Under the pieces are notes generated by a model, which had not been told where the DNA came from, did no database searches, and was given only the letters and a program-made list of their open reading frames with translations. DNA of 64,000 nt from an uncultured Verrucomicrobia subdivision 3 bacterium (lineage in GTDB: Bacteria; Verrucomicrobiota; Verrucomicrobiia; Limisphaerales; UBA11358): contig CAIQWB010000114.1 of assembly GCA_903875465.1 (NCBI GenBank), forward strand, positions 36,472 to 100,471, written 5' to 3'. A program made the translations under genes and the position numbers. This document shows, in pieces, positions 36,755-46,610 of this stretch. Position 1 is the first letter of the stretch; every line of letters starts with the position of its first letter.

Positions 36755-38275
36755 ATGAAGCCCAGGTTCAACCCACTGGCCAGCCTAACCATCCTGCTCA
36801 CCCTGGGAACGGTGTTGGCCGCCTGGGCCGGGATCAATGAAACGGCGCCCCCCGAATTCAGGTCGTTACCCGCTCTCCGCGTTCACCCGGCGGGGCATTA
36901 TTTAGAAACGGCGGATGGCCGGCCCTTTTTCTGGCTCGGCGACACCGGCTGGAAAGTGATTCATTGCCTGTCGCCGGCGGATGCCAGTTATTATCTCCAT
37001 ACCCGGGCGCGCCAAGGGTTCACCGTGGTGCAAATGATGGTGCTGGACGAGAACGACGGGATTACGGAAACGAATGCCCTCGGCGAATTACCATTCATTG
37101 GCGGCGATCCCGCCCGGCCGAACGACCGTTTTTTTGACCGGGTGGTGGCGCTGGCGGAGGAGGCGGCCACCGTGGGTTTGTACGTGGCCCTGCTCCCCGC
37201 TTGGGGCGATCAACTCACCGCTCCCTGGGGGATGGGTCCCCGGATTTTCCGGAAGGACAATCTGCCCCTCGTGCGCGGGTATGCCGATTATTTGGGCCAC
37301 CGGTTGCGGGGCCGAGGGAATGTGATTTGGATACTAGGCGGCGACCGCCCCGCAAAACTGGATGGGGCCCGACCGAATGAGTGGCCGCAGATTCCCGCCG
37401 CCGCCGCCGGTTTTCCGGCGGATTATGACTGGACCCCGGTCTGGGCGGCCTTCGCCAGCGGACTGGCGGAAGGCCAGGGCAATGCCCCGCTCATCTTGTA
37501 CCATCCACAGGCGGGCACCTATCGCACCTCCCGCTTTTTGGCCGGGGCCTCCTGGCTTTCAGTGAATGGCATGCAGAGCGGTCATGGGGGAGGACATGAC
37601 ATACCGGTTTGGGACTGGGTGGCCGAGGATTGGGCAGTAACCCCGGCAAAGCCCACGCTGGATCTGGAGCCCAACTATGAAGACCACCCATATAATCCCT
37701 GGCCGCAGTGGGACCCGGCGAACGGTTATTTTCGCGATCATGACGCGCGCAAGCAAACGTACCGTTCCGTGTTTGCCGGTGCCTGTGGCGTGACGTACGG
37801 CAATCATGCCGTCTGGCAATTTGCCGGATCCGGCGCGGAAGTCATCAATCATGCGGACCGGGATTGGCGGAGTGCCCTGTTTTCTCCCGCAGGCAGGCAG
37901 ATGGGATATTTGCGGCAGTTGATCGAATCGCGCCCGTTCTTTGCGCGCATTCCCGACCAGACGCTCGTCGGCGGCGACGCTGGCAAAGGAGGCTGGCACC
38001 TGCAAGCCACCCGTGACCGCGAAGGAACTTATGCTTTCATTTATTTTCCGGCCAACGACCAGCCGGCGACGATTGATTTGGCCCGGTTAAAGGCGCAACA
38101 AATTCGTGCGTGGTGGTATGACCCGCGCACGGGCATCGGAACCTTGATCGGGGAACTTCCGGGTGGCAACCCGCACGCGTTTCGCAGCCCGGCCCAAGGC
38201 CCGGATTGGGTGCTGGTGCTGGATGACACGGCCAAAAACTATCCCCCGCCCGGTTTGGAATATTTTGGCCGGTGA
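36755..38275 (+). CDS. Secreted glycoside hydrolase, DUF4038/GH140-like with a C-terminal beta-sandwich
   Basis: The ATG at 36755 gives MKPRFNPLASLTILLTLGTVLAAWA. GRPFFWLGDTGWKVIHCLSPADASYYLHTRARQGFTVVQMMVLDENDG matches the DUF4038 N-terminus as I remember it. Confidence 0.7.
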   Translation: MKPRFNPLASLTILLTLGTVLAAWAGINETAPPEFRSLPALRVHPAGHYLETADGRPFFWLGDTGWKVIHCLSPADASYYLHTRARQGFTVVQMMVLDENDGITETNALGELPFIGGDPARPNDRFFDRVVALAEEAATVGLYVALLPAWGDQLTAPWGMGPRIFRKDNLPLVRGYADYLGHRLRGRGNVIWILGGDRPAKLDGARPNEWPQIPAAAAGFPADYDWTPVWAAFASGLAEGQGNAPLILYHPQAGTYRTSRFLAGASWLSVNGMQSGHGGGHDIPVWDWVAEDWAVTPAKPTLDLEPNYEDHPYNPWPQWDPANGYFRDHDARKQTYRSVFAGACGVTYGNHAVWQFAGSGAEVINHADRDWRSALFSPAGRQMGYLRQLIESRPFFARIPDQTLVGGDAGKGGWHLQATRDREGTYAFIYFPANDQPATIDLARLKAQQIRAWWYDPRTGIGTLIGELPGGNPHAFRSPAQGPDWVLVLDDTAKNYPPPGLEYFGR

Positions 38276-38508
38276 ATTACTGCGTCGATTGAGCCATGAT
38301 TTCAACCCTGGCCGGGATCCGGCCATCCGCACGGGCGGGCACGTAGTCAATTTAGGGGACTGCCGGGCCGGAGCTGAAACTCTAAACTAGCGTATGAATC
38401 CATTAGGTCTATCGCATGCTTGCCACGGGCAAGTCCCGATGCAGCCGCACCGCCGGGAAGCGCAATACTCAGCGGGGACCTTTACACCAGCTGGCAAAAA
38501 CCACGGTA

Positions 38509-39310
38509 CATGACTATGAAATATACCTATGAGCAAGTGGCCAAAACCATCGATCACTCGCTGTTGCACCCCACGATGACCGACGCGGAGTTAGAGCATG
38601 GCTGCCGGTTGGCGGCACGCTATGGGGTGGCTTCCGTGTGCATCAAGCCTTACGCCGTGAAGCGGGCGGCCGAATTGCTGCAAGGCAAGGGTGTGCTCGT
38701 CGGGGCGGTGATTGGTTTTCCCCATGGCAGTTCAACGACTGAGTCCAAACGTTTTGAAACCCAACTGGCCTGCCAGGACGGGGCCGGGGAAATTGACATG
38801 GTCATTAATGTCGGCAAGGCGCTCTCCGGGGACTGGGATTATGTGGAGCAGGACGTGCGCGCGGTTTGCGAGGAAGCCCACCAGCACGGTGCCCGGGTGA
38901 AGGTCATTCTGGAAAATGACTACCTCACGAAGGGGGGCGCCGGTTTGAGCAGCGATGAGCTAAAGCAGAAGCTCTGCCAGCTTTGCGAGCGCGCCGGTGC
39001 CGACTGGGTAAAAACCTCGTCGGGCTACGGCTTTGTCAAACAGGCGGATGGCACTTATCATTATCAGGGGGCGACCGAACATGATCTGACGCTGATGCGC
39101 GCCAGTGTTTCGGAGCGGGTGCAGGTCAAGGCTGCGGGCGGGGTGCGCGACCTGGATGGGTTGTTCAAAGTGCGGGACCTGGGGGCTTCGCGTTGCGGCG
39201 CGACCGCAACGGCGGCGATGCTGGACGAATACCAGCGAAGAGCGACGTCCGAACCGGATGGACCGGGAGCGATGGCCGGCTCCGGCAAACTGGGCACCGG
39301 GGGGTATTGA
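38509..39310 (+). CDS. deoC: Deoxyribose-phosphate aldolase
   Basis: IDHSLLHPTMT...VCIKPY...VIGFPHGSSTT...GAGEIDMVINVG...VKVILE...DWVKTSSGYG (Schiff-base Lys). ATG at 38509. Confidence 0.9.
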
Positions 39311-39358
39311 GCGCGCCCCCAAAAGCCCGGCGGGCATGTAAATCCAAACCATTAAAAA

Positions 39359-40456
39359 ATGAAAATCACACTACCACTCTTGCTTGCCGCCAGCCTGCTG
39401 GCCCTCGAAGTCAAAGCCGACTCGCCGGTCACCCGTTTGGTTCCGTCCACCAATCCGGGAATCGTCATTGAGGGCCGTTATGCGGCCACGGAGGATGGTT
39501 CGGTGCGGTTGGGCTTTACGGGCACGACCCTGCATTTTCGCGCGCACAGTCGGGAACTGGCCATGCGCGTGAAAGCCAGTTCCGATGAGGTTTATTTTGA
39601 TGTGGGGGTCGACGGCGCGGAGCCAGTGCGATTGCGGGCGCAGGCGGGCGAAGGAGAATATCGGTTACTTGAGGAACCGGCAGCGGCGGATCACCTCCTG
39701 GAAATCACGCGGCGTTCGGAAAGCTGGCAGGGAACTTGTGAAATCCGCGGATTCGTGCTGGGGCCGGAAGGGGCCTTGCTGGATCCCCCAGCCCTGCCCG
39801 AGCGCAAATTGATGTTCATCGGCGATTCCATAACTTGCGGCGCGGCACTGGACATCCGGCCCAATGATCCCCTGACCGGCAAGACGGCGCACGGCGACGA
39901 AACGTCCAATGCCCGCTTATCCTACGGCAAACTGCTGGCCAAACGACTGAACGCCCAATGTGTGCTGGTCAGTTACGGCGGCCGCGGAGTCATTCGTGAC
40001 TGGCAGGGCATTCGCAAAATCAACAATGCCCCGCAGTTTTACGAACTGGCGCTGCCGGATGATCCCTCCTGTTTGTGGCGGCAGAATTCTTACGCACCCG
40101 ACGCCATCGCCATTTGTTTGGGCACCAATGATTTCAGCCAGGGAGTGCCCGATGAGAAAGAATTTGTGAATGCCTACGTGGAATTCATCCGCAAAATCCG
40201 GCGCGACTCGCCCCAAGCGCGGATTTTTCTGCTGGATTCCCCGATGCTGATGGATGCCCCCGGGGCCATCCCCAAGCGCACGGTGCTGCACGCTTACCTG
40301 ATGGAAATTGCCGCCGCCATCAAAGAACCCGGGGTACAATTGGCGGCGGTCAGCCATTATGCCGGCATTCCTGGTAATGGGCATCCGACCCGCGCGGATC
40401 ATGAGGCCATCGCGGCGGAATTGGAACCCCAGTTCCGGGCGGCACTGCATTGGTAG
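39359..40456 (+). CDS. Secreted SGNH/GDSL hydrolase with an N-terminal beta-sandwich (CE2-like esterase architecture)
   Basis: Signal peptide MKITLPLLLAASLLALEVKA. Block I FIGDSITCG. GTND block. C-terminal GHPTRADH (His). Confidence 0.8.
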   Translation: MKITLPLLLAASLLALEVKADSPVTRLVPSTNPGIVIEGRYAATEDGSVRLGFTGTTLHFRAHSRELAMRVKASSDEVYFDVGVDGAEPVRLRAQAGEGEYRLLEEPAAADHLLEITRRSESWQGTCEIRGFVLGPEGALLDPPALPERKLMFIGDSITCGAALDIRPNDPLTGKTAHGDETSNARLSYGKLLAKRLNAQCVLVSYGGRGVIRDWQGIRKINNAPQFYELALPDDPSCLWRQNSYAPDAIAICLGTNDFSQGVPDEKEFVNAYVEFIRKIRRDSPQARIFLLDSPMLMDAPGAIPKRTVLHAYLMEIAAAIKEPGVQLAAVSHYAGIPGNGHPTRADHEAIAAELEPQFRAALHW

Positions 40457-40478
40457 GCCGCCAGACGCACAGGTAAAA

Positions 40479-40886
40479 TCAAATGCTCTGTTTACGGGCA
40501 ATCCGACCGTACCAATAGCCCGAGGCCAGAAAAATCAGGGCACAGGCGCTCGTGAACGCGATCAGGTAGGGATGGGGCAAATAGTAAACCGCCCCGATGG
40601 CCCCGCCGGTCGAGAGGGCGGCACACAAATAACTGTAATAGGAACTGGCGCGGGCACTTTGCTCGCTTTTGCGCAGAATGGAAGCCATGGCCTTGTCCGC
40701 GCGCGTCAAGGCAGTGGCACAAGCGGTCGAGCAAACCAGCCGTGGCACGTCGGCACTTGCCGCTGCACAATTGGCACAAACCCCGCGACCGCAGTAGGCG
40801 CAGACGCCGATGGCATCTACCGCATGCGAATGACATTTCATTGGTGGAGCAAGTTGCGCTACTGCGGGCGAAAAGGCAAATGGCAT
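40479..40886 (-). CDS. Small membrane protein with an N-terminal Cys-rich zinc-ribbon/B-box-like motif
   Basis: MKCHSHAVDAIGVCAYCGRGVCANCAAASADVPRLVCSTAC followed by 2 TM segments. The start is ATG 40886 or 40841. Confidence 0.5.
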   Translation of the reverse strand: MPFAFSPAVAQLAPPMKCHSHAVDAIGVCAYCGRGVCANCAAASADVPRLVCSTACATALTRADKAMASILRKSEQSARASSYYSYLCAALSTGGAIGAVYYLPHPYLIAFTSACALIFLASGYWYGRIARKQSI

Positions 40887-40954
40887 GTACGCTCAGAAAC
40901 TTCTTTTTACGGCTGGCTGGCTGGGGCATGCTGCCGGGCAAAGATTTTCATGTT

Positions 40955-42241
40955 ATGACCATCGCGATCGTTGGCCTGGGTTATGTCGGCCTGCCCTTGT
41001 GCCTGCAATTTGCCCGCTGCGGCGTGCCGGTGCTGGGGCTGGACATTGACCAGGCCAAGACGGACGCGATCAATGCCGGGCACAGCTACATCCGGCATAT
41101 TGACGCCGCCCGGATTGCGGAGCTGGTGCTGGCGGGCAGTTTTTCGGCGAGCACAGAGTTTGCCCGGGTGCGCGAGGTGGCGGCCGTGTTGATTTGTGTG
41201 CCCACGCCCCTGAAGCGCAATCGGGAACCCGATTTGTCTTATGTGCTGCAAACCGGCCAGGCGATTGCGCCTTATTTGCAACGCGGCACCCTGGTGGTGT
41301 TGGAATCCACGACCTATCCGGGCACCACGGAGGACGAGTTGCGGGCGGTGCTGGAAAGCGGGTCCGGGTTGCGCGCCGGAACCGATTTTCACCTGGCGTA
41401 CTCCCCGGAACGGGAAGACCCGGGCAATCCGGCCAGCCAGGTGGCGGAAATTCCCAAGGTAGTCGGCGGTTACACGCCAGCCTGCCAGGCGGCGGCAATG
41501 GAATTGTACGGCCGTGTTATCCGCACTCTGGTGCCGGTGGCCAATTGCCGCACCGCCGAGGCCACCAAATTACTGGAGAATATTTTTCGCAGTGTGAATA
41601 TCGCCCTGGTGAATGAATTGAAAGGGGTTTACGGAGCAATGGACATCGACATCTGGGAGGTGATCGCCGCGGCCAAAACCAAACCCTTTGGCTTCATGCC
41701 CTTTTACCCAGGCCCGGGGTTGGGCGGCCATTGCATCCCGATTGATCCGTTTTACCTATCCTGGAAGGCGCGCCAATTTGGTCAGGAAACCCGTTTCGTG
41801 GAACTGGCAGGGGAGGTGAATACCGCCATGCCGCAACGCGTGGTGGACCAGGTGGAACTGGCGTTGAAGTCGCGTCAAAAAACCTTGCGCGGCAGCCGGG
41901 TGCTGGTGCTGGGGCTGGCCTACAAAGCGGAGGTGGACGATGACCGTGAGTCCCCGAGCTACCGGCTGATGGATCTCCTGGATGATGTCGGGGCCAGCGT
42001 GGCGTATCATGATCCCTATGTCCCGGTAATCCGGCCCAGCCGGATGCATGCGCATTGGGCCGGGACAGGCTCGGTCCCGTGGGATCAGAAAACGCTGGCC
42101 AGCTTTGACGCGGTTTTAATCGCCACGGCGCATGACGCGATGAATCGCCAGGAACTGGCCGCCTGGGCTTCGCTGATTGTGGATACCCGCAATGCCATGG
42201 CGGCGGTTACCGTGGTGCCGGGACAGGTTTGGAAAGCATAA
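40955..42241 (+). CDS. Nucleotide-sugar dehydrogenase (UDP-GlcNAc/ManNAc 6-dehydrogenase type)
   Basis: MTIAIVGLGYVGLPL Rossmann motif. Catalytic region GPGLGGHCIPIDP. The ATG at 40955 is in frame with the track ORF. Confidence 0.88.
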   Translation: MTIAIVGLGYVGLPLCLQFARCGVPVLGLDIDQAKTDAINAGHSYIRHIDAARIAELVLAGSFSASTEFARVREVAAVLICVPTPLKRNREPDLSYVLQTGQAIAPYLQRGTLVVLESTTYPGTTEDELRAVLESGSGLRAGTDFHLAYSPEREDPGNPASQVAEIPKVVGGYTPACQAAAMELYGRVIRTLVPVANCRTAEATKLLENIFRSVNIALVNELKGVYGAMDIDIWEVIAAAKTKPFGFMPFYPGPGLGGHCIPIDPFYLSWKARQFGQETRFVELAGEVNTAMPQRVVDQVELALKSRQKTLRGSRVLVLGLAYKAEVDDDRESPSYRLMDLLDDVGASVAYHDPYVPVIRPSRMHAHWAGTGSVPWDQKTLASFDAVLIATAHDAMNRQELAAWASLIVDTRNAMAAVTVVPGQVWKA

Positions 42242-42288
42242 GCAAGCCGCTCCGCCGAACTGCCATATTCCATGGACGGAACCACCAA

Positions 42289-44370
42289 TCACTGCGCCAC
42301 CACACCCACCCGATAAAACCGGGCGCGATCGGGACGCGCGTTGGTATCCGTGACGAAATTGGTTGGGGCGGAGGCGGAGAGGTTGGTGAGAAAGGGAGCA
42401 AACGGCGTTTTGGCCAGATTGGTGGTGCTTTCCAGTTGGTAGACTTTGCCCGCCACGCTTGGCCAATTGAGATTTACCACGTTGGTCTTAGGGACAGCCG
42501 CCAGGTTAAGCCGGAGCACCGAAGCGGCGTTGGTAGGATTGGTGCCCGCCAGCCATTCAGCCAGGTTGCCCAGGCCATCATGGTCAGGGTCCGCATTCGT
42601 GCTGGTGCCGGTGAGATGACCAAAATATTGCAACTCCCACCAATCGGGCAGACCGTTTTGATCGGCATCCACGATGCGCTGCAGATTCAACCGGCCGCCG
42701 GTGTGCACCCGGCCGGCGAGGCCAGGCACGGCATCCACATTCGACAGAATGCGGGCGATTCGCTGGGCCACCGTGTCGGCGGGAAAATTCTGGGCGGCAA
42801 AGGCCACGGCCCCCACCACCTGCGGGGTGGCCATGGAGGTGCCATCCAGATATTGGTAAATATTGGCGGGATCGGGGGCATTAATCACCGTGGCTGGCAC
42901 ATTGGTTAACACCGCCTGGCCATCGGCTTGGGACAGGGCAATCGCCGGTATCCAATTGTTGGAAGTCTGCAGGGTGCCCGAGTACAGCCCGCTGGCATTA
43001 TTATAAATAACCGCCGCCCGCGCTCCGGCCGCCATGGCATTATTTACTTTATCGGAAAAATAGAGGGTGCCCCGTTGGATTAACGCGATGTAGTTGGTCT
43101 TGCCGGCCGGGAAATTCGTGGGATAGCCCAAGCCACAATAATAAAGCGTGCCCGTAATGCCGGTGGTGCCGCCGGAATAAGTAAGGGCATTGCCGGTATA
43201 GGTGCTGGCTCCCTGCAAAACTTGCGACCGGAGACCCGCCTGGGCGACGGGGAGCAGGGACAGAATATTAACACCCGGGGCCGCCAAATCCACCGTGGTG
43301 GCGCCATAATTGGAAAAATAGGCCAGGGCGTCATTTTGATCGGAAGCCGCCACCACAATCATATTGGAGAGCCGGTAATTCGCAGGATAAAAGGCGGCGG
43401 TATCGTTATTATTCGTGCTATTGCCCGCCGCCGCGCAAAAAATAATCCCCGCGTTACCGGCGCTTTGAATGGCCGCCAACTCCGTGCTGCTATAACCGCC
43501 CCCGCCAAAGGAGGCGTTGATGGCGACCAGGTTCACCCCCCGTTGTTTCATCGTGGTGGCGTAGGAAATGGCCTCAATCTCCGCACTGCTGGAAATGCTG
43601 CTGCCATCGCTGGAAACCCGCAGGGCCATAATGCGGGCCTGGTAATTGACCCCAATGACCCCGACGTGGTTATTGCCGAGGGCGGCGATGGTGCCCGCCA
43701 CATGGGTGCCGTGAAAACCAGAATCGGTCGGGTTGGCCTGACCATCGGCAAAATCATAGCCGTAATAGTCATCCACAAACCCATTGCCATCATCATCCAC
43801 CCCATTGCCGGAAATTTCCCCGGGATTGGTCCACATATTGCTAGCCAAATCGGGATGGGTGTAATCCACCCCGGTATCGATCACTGCCACCACCACGGGG
43901 TTCGTGGTGGGGCGGGCCAGGGCCCAAGCTGGGATAAAGCGGGTGTCCGCCCCGGCGGTTCCCACCGTGCCATTTACGGACTGCCCCTGATTGCGCAATG
44001 CCCAGAGGTTGGTGAAAAAAGTGTCATTGGGCACGCTGGTCACCCAGCGCAAGTAGTTGGTTTCCACGCGTTCCACGAGGGGATCGCGGCTTAATTCAGC
44101 AATTAACGAGGCCGTTGTGCGGCCAGATTGATGAACAAGTCCAAATTGCCGGCCCCAATGCCGGGAGAGTTCGGAAAAATGTTTGGTCAAGACGAGGGAA
44201 TGACCCGCCAGCGCTTGCCGGGAATCTGTCAGGGTGGCCGATGGTTTAAAAGTGACAATGACATCGCCCTCAATGTAATCCATGCGTACCGGGGCGGCAG
44301 CCATTCCGGCCAGGGCCAGACCCGCTAACATGAACAACCCCAAAGCGCATGAACGTGCACATGGCCTCAT
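42289..44370 (-). CDS. Secreted subtilisin-like S8 serine protease with a PA-type insert, a D-rich calcium-type linker and a C-terminal ...FYRV module
   Basis: Catalytic triad contexts VAVIDTGVDYTHPDL, HGTHVAGTIAA, GTSMATPQVVGAVAF. Linker DADQNGLPDWWELQYFGHLTGTSTNADPDHDGLGNLAEWLAGTNPTN. Confidence 0.92.
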   Translation of the reverse strand: MRPCARSCALGLFMLAGLALAGMAAAPVRMDYIEGDVIVTFKPSATLTDSRQALAGHSLVLTKHFSELSRHWGRQFGLVHQSGRTTASLIAELSRDPLVERVETNYLRWVTSVPNDTFFTNLWALRNQGQSVNGTVGTAGADTRFIPAWALARPTTNPVVVAVIDTGVDYTHPDLASNMWTNPGEISGNGVDDDGNGFVDDYYGYDFADGQANPTDSGFHGTHVAGTIAALGNNHVGVIGVNYQARIMALRVSSDGSSISSSAEIEAISYATTMKQRGVNLVAINASFGGGGYSSTELAAIQSAGNAGIIFCAAAGNSTNNNDTAAFYPANYRLSNMIVVAASDQNDALAYFSNYGATTVDLAAPGVNILSLLPVAQAGLRSQVLQGASTYTGNALTYSGGTTGITGTLYYCGLGYPTNFPAGKTNYIALIQRGTLYFSDKVNNAMAAGARAAVIYNNASGLYSGTLQTSNNWIPAIALSQADGQAVLTNVPATVINAPDPANIYQYLDGTSMATPQVVGAVAFAAQNFPADTVAQRIARILSNVDAVPGLAGRVHTGGRLNLQRIVDADQNGLPDWWELQYFGHLTGTSTNADPDHDGLGNLAEWLAGTNPTNAASVLRLNLAAVPKTNVVNLNWPSVAGKVYQLESTTNLAKTPFAPFLTNLSASAPTNFVTDTNARPDRARFYRVGVVAQ

Positions 44371-44502
44371 GTTTTCACAATATGAGACGCGGCCAATCGA
44401 GTCAAGCGACGAAGGGTGTTTTGGCGGGTTGCTGTTTGAGGATTGCCACGGGCATGGTCTTGGGTAATGCTGCTAGGCGTAATTGTTAAACCTGATTTTA
44501 AT

Positions 44503-45468
44503 ATGAGTACTGCTGACCAAACGCAACTGGAACAAATCAAGCAATTCACCACGGTGGTTGCGGACACCGGGGATTTTGCCACGCTGAAGCAATTCGCCCC
44601 CCGCGATGCCACGACCAATCCTTCCCTGATTCTCAAGGCCGCCTTGATGCCGGAGTATGCCTTTATTCTGGAAAAAGCGATTAAGGACAACCAAGGCAAA
44701 GCCGCCGGCTCCCAACTGGTGAGCCGGGTGATGGATGATTTGCTCATTTTATTTGGCACTGAAATCTTGAAGATCGTGCCGGGCCGGGTCAGCACGGAAA
44801 CGGATGCCAACCTGTCCTTTGACACTGCCGCCTTGGTGGCCAAGGGTCGTCATTTTATCGATTTGTATGCGAAACAGGGGATTGGACGGGAACGGATTCT
44901 GGTTAAAATCGCCTCGACTTGGGAGGGGATCCGCGCTGCGGAAGTCCTCCAGCGCGAGGGGATCAACTGCAATCTCACCCTCCTGTTTTCCCTGGCCCAA
45001 GCCATTGCCTGTGCCGAGGCCAACGTCAAACTGATTTCCCCCTTCGTCGGCCGGATCATGGACTGGTACAAGGCCAAGGAGAAAAAGGATTTTGCCCCGG
45101 CCGAGGATCCCGGCGTGAAGTCGGTGCAGGAAATTTACGCGTATTACAAAAAATTTGATTATGCCACCGAAGTGATGGGCGCAAGTTTCCGCAATGTGGG
45201 AGAAATCCTGGAACTGGCGGGTTGCGATTTACTTACCATCAGCCCCGCCCTGCTGGCAGAATTGCAAAAAGGCACGGCCCCGGTGGTTCGCAAATTGAGT
45301 CCGGAAATAGCCCGGGCCAGCAGCCTGGAAAAGACCCCGCTGGACGAGAAGAAATTCCGCTGGCTCTTCAACGAGAGCGCGATGGCCACCGAAAAAACCG
45401 CCGAAGGCATCCGGTTGTTTAATGCTGACGCGATGAAGCTGGAGCAGTTTATTGCCGCGAAACTGTAA
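44503..45468 (+). CDS. tal: Transaldolase (TalB type)
   Basis: [47 protein letters not shown]...[13 protein letters not shown] (Schiff-base Lys). Confidence 0.93.
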   Translation: MSTADQTQLEQIKQFTTVVADTGDFATLKQFAPRDATTNPSLILKAALMPEYAFILEKAIKDNQGKAAGSQLVSRVMDDLLILFGTEILKIVPGRVSTETDANLSFDTAALVAKGRHFIDLYAKQGIGRERILVKIASTWEGIRAAEVLQREGINCNLTLLFSLAQAIACAEANVKLISPFVGRIMDWYKAKEKKDFAPAEDPGVKSVQEIYAYYKKFDYATEVMGASFRNVGEILELAGCDLLTISPALLAELQKGTAPVVRKLSPEIARASSLEKTPLDEKKFRWLFNESAMATEKTAEGIRLFNADAMKLEQFIAAKL

Positions 45469-45566
45469 GTCCTGACGTTCCCAAAGTTTGCCACGGTTTT
45501 TGCGAGGCGGCACGCTCCCGCGCGGGGTGTGCCGCCTCCAGCACCATCCCGAGCCACCCTGTTATC

Positions 45567-45953
45567 ATGAATCTGGAACTGCAAAAAGCGGTGGTCACCC
45601 TGGGCCTGACCCAGTTCAAACGCCACATCTTTTTATGTGCAGACCCAACGGAAGATAAATGTTGCCCCCGCGAAGCGGGCCGCGCGTCCTGGGAATTCCT
45701 CAAGCAACGACTCAAAGAGTTGAAACTGGCAGGGCCGGAGCCCTTGGTATATCGCACCCGCGCCAATTGTCTCCGCGTTTGCACCCAAGGTCCCATTGCC
45801 GTGGTTTATCCGGAGGGTGTCTGGTACCACTCCTGTAATCCGGCGGTCCTGGAACGAATCATTCAAGAGCACTTGATTGCCGGGCGCGTCGTGGCGGAGT
45901 TTGCATTTGCGGCAAATGACCTTAAAAGTGAGTCGCTCAAGCCCGATCAATAA
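45567..45953 (+). CDS. Thioredoxin-like [2Fe-2S] ferredoxin-domain protein
   Basis: Cys pattern [17 protein letters not shown]...[22 protein letters not shown]. 128 aa. Confidence 0.65.
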   Translation: MNLELQKAVVTLGLTQFKRHIFLCADPTEDKCCPREAGRASWEFLKQRLKELKLAGPEPLVYRTRANCLRVCTQGPIAVVYPEGVWYHSCNPAVLERIIQEHLIAGRVVAEFAFAANDLKSESLKPDQ

Positions 45954-46119
45954 ATCATTCAGAAGTTAATCGGAGCGACAGATGGTCCTGTGAGGTAAAG
46001 CCTCCTTAAACGCTCCGCGTTGATCGGAGGCAATCGCGTTCCAGCCTCCATCAATCGGACCGATTATTTTGGTGCTGCACGGAGAGTTAATTCCGCATCC
46101 CTGCCGCAATTGTATTAAT

Positions 46120-46344
46120 CCCGAACTCCGAAATTAAAACGGCCGGTCTGCATCAATCTTTTGGGCATAAACGCTTTGGAAAATTGGCTTCCCAAGCCGC
46201 TGCCAAGCAGTTGCCCATTTAAGGATGCGCGCTGCGCGCCGAGGCAGTCTCACCAGACCACTGCGGGTATGTCTGCGATTTTTCCAAAGTGTTTCTGCTC
46301 CAACATCTTGACACATCCCAGCCATTTTAATTTCGGAGTTCGGG
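46120..46344. mobile_element. MITE-like palindromic element, copy B (225 bp, same TIRs, 5-bp TSD TTAAT, ~64-bp internal insert)
   Basis: TIRs at 46120-46137 and 46327-46344 are identical to copy A. Direct TTAAT occurs at 46115-46119 and 46345-46349. By eye the arms are about 90% identical to copy A. Confidence 0.8.
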
Positions 46345-46610
46345 TTAATTTTGGTACAGGGAGTTAGTTGGCGGATTCGGAACCCACGCGGACCGCCCCA
46401 ACCAGCGCGAAGTGCATAAAATTCAAAGCATTTTGCAAGATATTGGGTTGAAGGCGAAGAAGCGCCCCGGTAAAGTGACATTGTACCCATGGCACTTATG
46501 TTCATTCCGATGAACCGACGGCGGATTTTAACATCGTCGCCTCAACACGATGGTAATCTAAAACGCTTGGAGGCAAGGGTCATGCCCAGCAATGTTCAGC
46601 TAAAACCCCT

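Noticed and set aside
46490-46505. TGGCAC-ttatg-TTCAT upstream of the giant protein gene as a sigma-54 promoter
   Set aside because: The -24 element is perfect, but the invariant GC of the -12 element is missing (TTCA). It is not supportable.
46134-46505. 123-aa and 68-aa ORFs (46134-46505 minus, 46161-46367 plus) inside or over element copy B
   Set aside because: They run through the palindromic non-coding element and its flank. Copy A has no equivalent ORF, and the composition is not protein-like.
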